A stretch of 24,878 bases of DNA, from NCBI GenBank assembly GCA_039800125.1, contig JBDLRG010000090.1, positions 1-24,878 on the forward strand, read 5' to 3'. A model generated the notes under the pieces. The model had not been told where the DNA came from and searched no databases. It worked only from the letters and a program-made list of their open reading frames with translations. Of this stretch, positions 19,894-24,878 are shown in pieces (within the stretch, counting starts at the first letter, position 1; each line of letters opens with the position of its first letter). Source of the stretch: Actinomycetota bacterium (lineage in GTDB: Bacteria; Actinomycetota; Acidimicrobiia; Acidimicrobiales; Ilumatobacteraceae). The translations under genes and the position numbers were made by a program.

Positions 19894-20966
19894 GGAGACC
19901 CAGTGTAGAACGGGCCGGTCTCGGCGCCCGCCGCGACGGAGGACCCCGGGGTCAGGACGGCGTAGGGCCCGACCCGCGCCCCCGCCCCGATCGTGGACCC
20001 CTCGGCCACCGAGTTCGCGATGCGGGAACCCTCGCCCACGACCGTGTCCGTGAGGCGCGTGTCGGGGCCGATCTCGCATCCGTCGCCGATCACCGTGGCA
20101 CCCTGCAGGATCGCCCCCGGATAGATGGTGACGTCGCGGCCGATCGTCACGGTGACGTCGATGAGGGCGAGACGGGGATCGAGCATCGTGACGCCCTCGA
20201 GGAGCCACGCCCGATTGATGCGGGCCCGCAGTTCGCGCTCGGCCAGGGCCAGTTGCAGGCGGTCGTTCACCCCGGCGGTCTCCGCCGCATCGACCTTCAC
20301 CGCCGACACCCCGGCAGGGTCGTCCGCGAGGGCGGCGACGACGTCGGTGAGGTAGTACTCGCCCTGGGCGTTGTCCGTGTCGAGACCGGCGAGTGCCGGA
20401 CCGAGGAGGTCGCGGCGCACGACGTAGACCCCCGTGTTCACCTCGCGCACAGCGCGCTCCGCGTCGTCGGCGTCCCGGTCCTCCACGATGCGCACCACCC
20501 GGCCGGCACCGTCGCGGATGATGCGCCCGTAGCCGGAGGGGTCCTCCATGTCGGACGTGAGGACGGTGGCGGCGCCCCCGGTCGCGGCGTGTTCCCGCAC
20601 GAGGCGCTCGAGCGTGGCGGCGGTGAGAAGGGGGGTGTCGCCGGGCACCACGAGGATCGACGCCCCATCGTGGTCGCCCGTGAGCGCGGCGAGGCCGACG
20701 GCGGCGGCGTCGCCGGTGCCGCGGCGTTCGTGCTGCTCGGCGAAGACGGGCCGGGCCCAGGTCGGGGCGAGCGACGAGACGGTCTCGCGCACGGCGTCGG
20801 CACCGTGGCCCACCACGACCGCCACTTCGCGGGGTGCGACGTGCTCGAGCGCATGGAGGACATGGAGCACCATCGGGCGTCCGCAGATGAGGTGCAGTGG
20901 CTTGGGGTGGTGGGAGCGCATGCGCGATCCCTCGCCGGCCGCGAGAACGAGAACGTCGATTTTCAT
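19890..20966 (-). CDS. glmU: GlmU-like N-acetylglucosamine-1-phosphate uridyltransferase with truncated left-handed beta-helix (358 aa)
   Basis: LAAGEGSRMRSHHPKPLH, QHERRGTGDA, GDTPLL, SGYGRIIRD, EVNTGVY, NAQGEYYLTD and GVNDRLQLA, followed by hexapeptide repeats that end at GPFYTGSP*. Located between tRNA-Gln and prs. Confidence 0.9.
   Translation of the reverse strand: MKIDVLVLAAGEGSRMRSHHPKPLHLICGRPMVLHVLHALEHVAPREVAVVVGHGADAVRETVSSLAPTWARPVFAEQHERRGTGDAAAVGLAALTGDHDGASILVVPGDTPLLTAATLERLVREHAATGGAATVLTSDMEDPSGYGRIIRDGAGRVVRIVEDRDADDAERAVREVNTGVYVVRRDLLGPALAGLDTDNAQGEYYLTDVVAALADDPAGVSAVKVDAAETAGVNDRLQLALAERELRARINRAWLLEGVTMLDPRLALIDVTVTIGRDVTIYPGAILQGATVIGDGCEIGPDTRLTDTVVGEGSRIANSVAEGSTIGAGARVGPYAVLTPGSSVAAGAETGPFYTGSP
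19902..19907 (-). promoter_or_regulatory. Putative internal -10 box TACACT inside the last glmU codons, 8 nt upstream of the prs ATG
   Basis: Near-consensus actinobacterial -10 hexamer and no SD. Confidence 0.45.
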
Positions 20967-20968
20967 CG

Positions 20969-21039
20969 TTCCGGGGAGAGGACTCGAACCCCTATTCTCG
21001 GGACCAAAACCCGCTGTCCTGCCATTGGACGACCCCGGA
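20969..21039 (-). tRNA. tRNA-Gln (anticodon UUG at 21005-21007), CCA not encoded
   Basis: Manual cloverleaf: acceptor TCCGGGG/CCCCGGA, D-arm GTCC-AATGGCA-GGAC, anticodon arm GCGGG-TTTTGGT-CCCGA, T-arm AGGGG-TTCGAGT-CCTCT, discriminator A. U1-A72 pair as in bacterial tRNA-Gln. Confidence 0.96.
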
Positions 21040-21103
21040 GAGACTCGGCAAACGGTATCGGATTTCCCTGTTTCGTCCGTTTTCCGATAGTTTCGTCGTT
21101 CTT
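21040..21103. promoter_or_regulatory. AT-richer divergent promoter region: -10 TACCGT (minus, 21052-21057) for tRNA-Gln/glmU and -10 TAGTTT (plus, 21088-21093) for bS22
   Basis: 64-bp gap between two divergent genes, with a TAnnnT hexamer appropriately placed on each strand. Confidence 0.55.
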
Positions 21104-21196
21104 ATGGGTTCTCTGATCAAGAAGCGTCGCAAGCGCATGCGGAAGAAGAAGCACAAGAAGATGCTCCGCCGCACGCGTCACCAGCGGCGCAAGTAG
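21104..21196 (+). CDS. 30S ribosomal protein bS22 (AURKAIP1/COX24/mS38-like, 30 aa)
   Basis: MGSLIKKRRKRMRKKKHKKMLRRTRHQRRK closely matches the actinobacterial bS22 pattern MGSVIKKRRKRMSKKKHRK. In the track it appears only as the tail of ORF 20897..21196. Confidence 0.92.
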   Translation: MGSLIKKRRKRMRKKKHKKMLRRTRHQRRK

Positions 21197-21199
21197 TCC

Positions 21200-21967
21200 T
21201 CACTCGTCCGCAGCGGCGGTCCCGCCGCCCGTCCGTGCGCGCGTCACGACGATCGAGGCTCCCCGGTCGTTCGCCAGGGCACCGAGCTCCCCGGCACGGT
21301 CTCCGTGCAGGAACCAGGTGGCACCCGAGCCCGCGAGAAACGGGCGAGTTCCCGTCGCCTCGGCGATCGCGTCACGCCATTCGGCCAGTCCCGGAACCGC
21401 CGCGACCGCGGCCGGTTCAAGGTCGTTGCCGTTGTCCCCGGTCGGCCCCCCCATCTCGTCCCACGCGCGATACACGAGCGGCGTGGAGGCTCGTAGTGGC
21501 GGGACGACGAGCGTGACGACGAGGTCCCGGTGGGGAAGCGGCTCGAGGATCTCGCCGATGCCGGTCACGCGGGCACGGCCCCCCGCGAGACAGAACGCGA
21601 CATCGGCTCCGAGTTCGGCCGCCCGCCCGGGGTCGGTCCATCCCGCCCAGCGCAGCACCGCGGCGGCGTCGGTGGAGCCGCCACCGAGTCCGCCCCCGTG
21701 GGGGATGTTCTTCGTGACACGCACCTCGGCCGTGCGTCCGCAGGCCGCCAGGGCGCGCACGACCAGATTCGACGAGTCGAGCGGAACACCCTCGGCGAAG
21801 GGTCCGTCGACCGAGAGGCTCGAGGCCGCCGAATCGGCGATGCGCACGACGTCGTGGAGGTCGAGGGAGACCATCTCGGCGTCGATGAGGTGGTAGCCGT
21901 CGGCGCGCACACCCGTGACGCGCAGCGACAGCGTGAGCTTGGCGGGTGCCTCGAGATGCGTGCTCAC
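21200..21967 (-). CDS. ispE: 4-(cytidine 5'-diphospho)-2-C-methyl-D-erythritol kinase (255 aa, compact)
   Basis: Start at the GTG at 21967 (GTGA overlap with rsmA). APAKLTLSL..G.RADGYH, KNIPHGGGLGGGSTDAA, LGADVAF and AGSG (GHMP kinase motifs). Confidence 0.94.
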   Translation of the reverse strand: MSTHLEAPAKLTLSLRVTGVRADGYHLIDAEMVSLDLHDVVRIADSAASSLSVDGPFAEGVPLDSSNLVVRALAACGRTAEVRVTKNIPHGGGLGGGSTDAAAVLRWAGWTDPGRAAELGADVAFCLAGGRARVTGIGEILEPLPHRDLVVTLVVPPLRASTPLVYRAWDEMGGPTGDNGNDLEPAAVAAVPGLAEWRDAIAEATGTRPFLAGSGATWFLHGDRAGELGALANDRGASIVVTRARTGGGTAAADE

Positions 21968-22791
21968 GGTCGGGCTCCCGCGGCACGGGCGAGCGAGATC
22001 CAGTCCTTGACGTCCAGTTCCTCGGCCCGGGCGGTGCCCGCGATGCCGGCCACCTCGAGCGCTGCCGCACCGGCGGTGCCCGCCAGCGCGCCTCGCAGCA
22101 TCTTGCGCCGTTTGGCGAACCCCGCCCGCACGAGGGAGAACATGAGCTCCTCGTCGACACCAGAGTCCGCATTGCGGTCGTGGCGCACGATCTCGACGAG
22201 GGAGGACTCGACGTTGGGTCTCGGGAGGAACACCGTGGCCGGGACGTGTCCGACGATTCGGGCGTCGGCGCGGTAGCCGATGCGCACCGACACGGCTCCC
22301 CACTCGGGCGTGGACGGGCGCGCGGCGAATCGCTCGGCGACCTCGCGCTGCACCATCACCAGCATCCGCGACACGGCCGGCACGCCCGCGACGATGTCGG
22401 CCACGAGCGGGGTCGCGACGTTGTAGGGGAGGTTCGCCACGAGGACCCATCCCGGCTCGTTCCCGAGGAGCACGGACCAATCCAGTTCCGTGGCGTCGGC
22501 GTGGACGATGTCGATGCCCGGCAGACCACCGACATTCATGCGCAACAGCGGCACCAGTCCCGAGTCGATCTCGACGGCGGTGACGGAGGCACCCGTCTCC
22601 GCCAACGCGAGGGTGAGCGAGCCGAGTCCCGCCCCGATCTCCACGACCCGGTCCCCGGGACCGACCCGCGCGAAGTGGGCGATGCGACGCACCGTGTTCG
22701 CATCGACGACGAAGTTCTGTCCGAGGGCGCGTTTGGCGCGCAGACCCGCGCCCTCGAGCATGCGGGAAGCGTCCGAGCGCGAGAGCGTCAC
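21964..22791 (-). CDS. rsmA: 16S rRNA m6,2A1518/A1519 dimethyltransferase RsmA/KsgA (275 aa)
   Basis: Start at the GTG at 22791. LGQNFVVD, VVEIGAGLGSLT, VEID, VANLPYNV, MVQREVAER and FLPRPNVES. Confidence 0.97.
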   Translation of the reverse strand: MTLSRSDASRMLEGAGLRAKRALGQNFVVDANTVRRIAHFARVGPGDRVVEIGAGLGSLTLALAETGASVTAVEIDSGLVPLLRMNVGGLPGIDIVHADATELDWSVLLGNEPGWVLVANLPYNVATPLVADIVAGVPAVSRMLVMVQREVAERFAARPSTPEWGAVSVRIGYRADARIVGHVPATVFLPRPNVESSLVEIVRHDRNADSGVDEELMFSLVRAGFAKRRKMLRGALAGTAGAAALEVAGIAGTARAEELDVKDWISLARAAGARP

Positions 22792-23306
22792 CAGGAGATC
22801 TCGACGGGCAACGGTGCCTGCACGATCTCGGCGATGGTCTCGAAGACCCTGATGTCGAGCACGATGTCGAAGCCGCCGGGGAGGGCGCCGATGTAGACGT
22901 TGGTGCAGGTCGTGATGCGCCCGTTCTCGAGGTTGCGCACCCTGATCCTGGTCGCGAGGGGCGCGAGCCCGGTCGAGCACCCGCGTTCGCCGCCCTGGGG
23001 GTAGGTCTTGAAGCTGGCGCGACCCCGCACGGTGTTGAGATCCTCGTCGGCGGGATAGGCGATGGGTCCGCCGTCGCCCGCCTCGGCGGCGCCCGGGCCC
23101 TGCAGGCTGGCGGGGGCATCGACGACCGAGTTCGGATCCGTGTAGAAACCCGTTCCGTTCCCGGGAAGCGTGGTCGTGGTGGCGGACGGATCGCCCGACA
23201 TGTCGGCCTCCGAACGCCCGGAGGACACGAAGTAGAGGAGCGACACGATCACCGTGAACAGCACGACCACCGTGAGGCGGTTCCTGTCGACGGTGGTGAG
23301 GTTCAC
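22788..23306 (-). CDS. Membrane-anchored protein with a degenerate RlpA-like double-psi beta-barrel domain (172 aa)
   Basis: N-terminal TM helix, low-complexity linker, then GRASF..APLATRIRVRNLENGRITTC..DIVLD..FETIA..PVEISW, which resembles RlpA G.ASWY..LP.GT.V.VTNL.NGRSV..IDLS..AF..V.I. GTGA-coupled to both neighbours, so the CDS itself is very likely real. The domain call is by eye. Confidence 0.7.
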   Translation of the reverse strand: MNLTTVDRNRLTVVVLFTVIVSLLYFVSSGRSEADMSGDPSATTTTLPGNGTGFYTDPNSVVDAPASLQGPGAAEAGDGGPIAYPADEDLNTVRGRASFKTYPQGGERGCSTGLAPLATRIRVRNLENGRITTCTNVYIGALPGGFDIVLDIRVFETIAEIVQAPLPVEISW

Positions 23307-24094
23307 GCCCCCGAGGGTATTCGCGGGAACGCCCGACGGGCGTTCGCCGAGGTCGTGCGGGCGAATCCGGCGGGGTCATCGCCCCTCCAGCCCGCGATCG
23401 CCGTGCCCACGATGCCCACGTGGGCGGGCTCGTTGGGGCGTCCGCGATGGGGAACCGGGGAGAGATACGGGCTGTCCGTCTCCACGAGGATGCGGTCGGC
23501 GGGACAGAGCACGGCCGCCTCGCGGATGTCGGAGGCGTTCTTGAAGGTGACGATGCCACTGAACGACAGATATGCCCCGATGTCGACGCATCGCTCCGCC
23601 TCGACAGGGCCGCCGGTGAAGCAGTGGATGATCACGGAGGACGGCACGCCTTCGGTGGCGAGCACGTCGAGGGTGTCGTCCCAGGCGTCGCGGGTGTGCA
23701 CGACGAGCGTGAGATCGCGCTCGTGGGCGAGGCGGATCTGCTCGGCGAAGGCGCGCATCTGCACGGGGCGTGGGGAGTGGTCGTAGTGGTAGTCGAGCCC
23801 GCACTCGCCGACGGCCACGACGCGCGGCGAATCGAGGAAGGGGACGATGGTGTCGACTCCGTCGACGGCATCGTGGGGATGCAGACCCACGGTGGCCCAC
23901 ACGTCGTCGTGGGCGGCGGCCAGTGCCGTCACCTCTCCGCAGGTGCGCGCGTCCGTGCCCACGACCACGAACGCGGTCACGCCCGCTTCGCGCGCGCGCA
24001 TGAGGGTCTCACTCGGGGGCGTCGACATGGAGTCGTCGTGGATGTGGCAGTGGGTGTCCGTCCAGCCTCCGACGGGGAGCGCGGAAGCGGACAC
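23303..24094 (-). CDS. tatD: TatD family metal-dependent DNase/hydrolase (263 aa)
   Basis: DTHCH, VGLHPHDA, VGECGLDY, VHTRDA, IHCFTG, SFSGIVTF and VETDSPYLSP. Confidence 0.96.
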   Translation of the reverse strand: MSASALPVGGWTDTHCHIHDDSMSTPPSETLMRAREAGVTAFVVVGTDARTCGEVTALAAAHDDVWATVGLHPHDAVDGVDTIVPFLDSPRVVAVGECGLDYHYDHSPRPVQMRAFAEQIRLAHERDLTLVVHTRDAWDDTLDVLATEGVPSSVIIHCFTGGPVEAERCVDIGAYLSFSGIVTFKNASDIREAAVLCPADRILVETDSPYLSPVPHRGRPNEPAHVGIVGTAIAGWRGDDPAGFARTTSANARRAFPRIPSGA

Positions 24095-24095
24095 G

Positions 24096-24878
24096 TCACG
24101 CCGTCCTTCGGGGGAAGAGGGGCTCGCCCTTCGTCACCGGTGCGCCGTCGATGTAGCCGCCCCACGCGGTGTCGCGGGGGATGCGGCAGTCCTCGGGCGA
24201 TCCGGGCATACCGATGCGCCGCCATATCTCCCTCGCGGTGCGCGGCACGGCGGGGAACACGAGGATGCACACGATGCGCAGGGCCTCGAGTGCGTCGCCC
24301 ATGACGCGATCGACGTCGGCCCCGGGTTCGCTCTTCCATGGTTCGTGATTCTCGAGGTGGGCGTTGGTCGCCCGGATGAGCGACCACACCGCCTCGAGGG
24401 CCCGGCTGGGCTGGACGCGTTCCCACTGTGCGATGGCTTCGGTGACGGCCTCCGCCGCGGCCGATGCGAGGGGGGACGAGGGGTCCGGGGAGGTCCCGAG
24501 CCCGCCGCACTTCTTGTCGACGACGGTGGCCACGCGGGCGGCGAGGTTACCGAGGTTGTTGGCGAGGTCGGAGTTGTAGCGGGCGACGAGACCCTCCCAG
24601 GTGAAGTCGCCGTCGTTGCCGTACGCGGTGTCGGCGAGCACGTAGTAGCGGAAGCCGTCCACGCCGATCTCGTCGACGAGGTCGAGCGGGTTCACCACGT
24701 TGCCGGTGGTCTTCGACATCTTCTCGCCGCCCACGAGCAGCCATCCGCCCACCGCCCAGCCGCGCGGGGGCTCGATGCCCGCCGACATGAGCATGGCGGG
24801 CCAGTAGACATTGTGGAAGCGCAGGATGTCCTTGCCGATGAGGTGGTGGTTCACGGGCCACCACTTGGCGAACCTCTC
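24096..24878 (-). CDS. metG: Methionine--tRNA ligase, C-terminal part (5' end outside the window)
   Basis: The frame stays open to the window edge (ERFAKWWPVNHHLIGKDILRFH). KMSKT motif, NSDLANNLGNL and PWK. Ends at PLFPR without an appended tRNA-binding domain. Confidence 0.96.
   Translation of the reverse strand, partial: ERFAKWWPVNHHLIGKDILRFHNVYWPAMLMSAGIEPPRGWAVGGWLLVGGEKMSKTTGNVVNPLDLVDEIGVDGFRYYVLADTAYGNDGDFTWEGLVARYNSDLANNLGNLAARVATVVDKKCGGLGTSPDPSSPLASAAAEAVTEAIAQWERVQPSRALEAVWSLIRATNAHLENHEPWKSEPGADVDRVMGDALEALRIVCILVFPAVPRTAREIWRRIGMPGSPEDCRIPRDTAWGGYIDGAPVTKGEPLFPRRTA

Overview
High-GC actinobacterial chromosome segment, most likely class Acidimicrobiia (inferred from gene content and protein style, not from a marker gene). 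Almost all genes lie on the minus strand. The right part (~9.9-24.9 kb) is a conserved housekeeping block: metG(partial)-tatD-[RlpA-like membrane protein]-rsmA-ispE, a convergent 30-aa bS22 ribosomal protein gene, then tRNA-Gln(UUG)-glmU(C-terminally truncated)-prs-rplY-pth-mfd-[parvulin lipoprotein]-mazG/yabN-eno-ftsB/divIC. The left part (1-9.9 kb) is an accessory molybdo-flavoenzyme locus: a form II (AYRGAGR) CoxL-like large subunit, CoxS-like and CoxM-like subunits in L-S-M order, an AUR1/PAP2_3-like membrane protein, an atypical SDR (plus strand), an FAD amine-oxidase-like protein, a CoxD/CoxE-like MoxR-vWA pair and XdhC/CoxI (partial). I saw no CRISPR array, transposase or integrase. The best leads are a GlmU lacking its acetyltransferase active-site region, an apparently non-catalytic RlpA-like protein at the rpfB/yabE locus, the form II Mo-hydroxylase cluster with interleaved genes, a tRNA ending 2 nt before the glmU start codon, and repeated leaderless-type promoters. 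All family calls come from motif reading by eye; no database searches were run.
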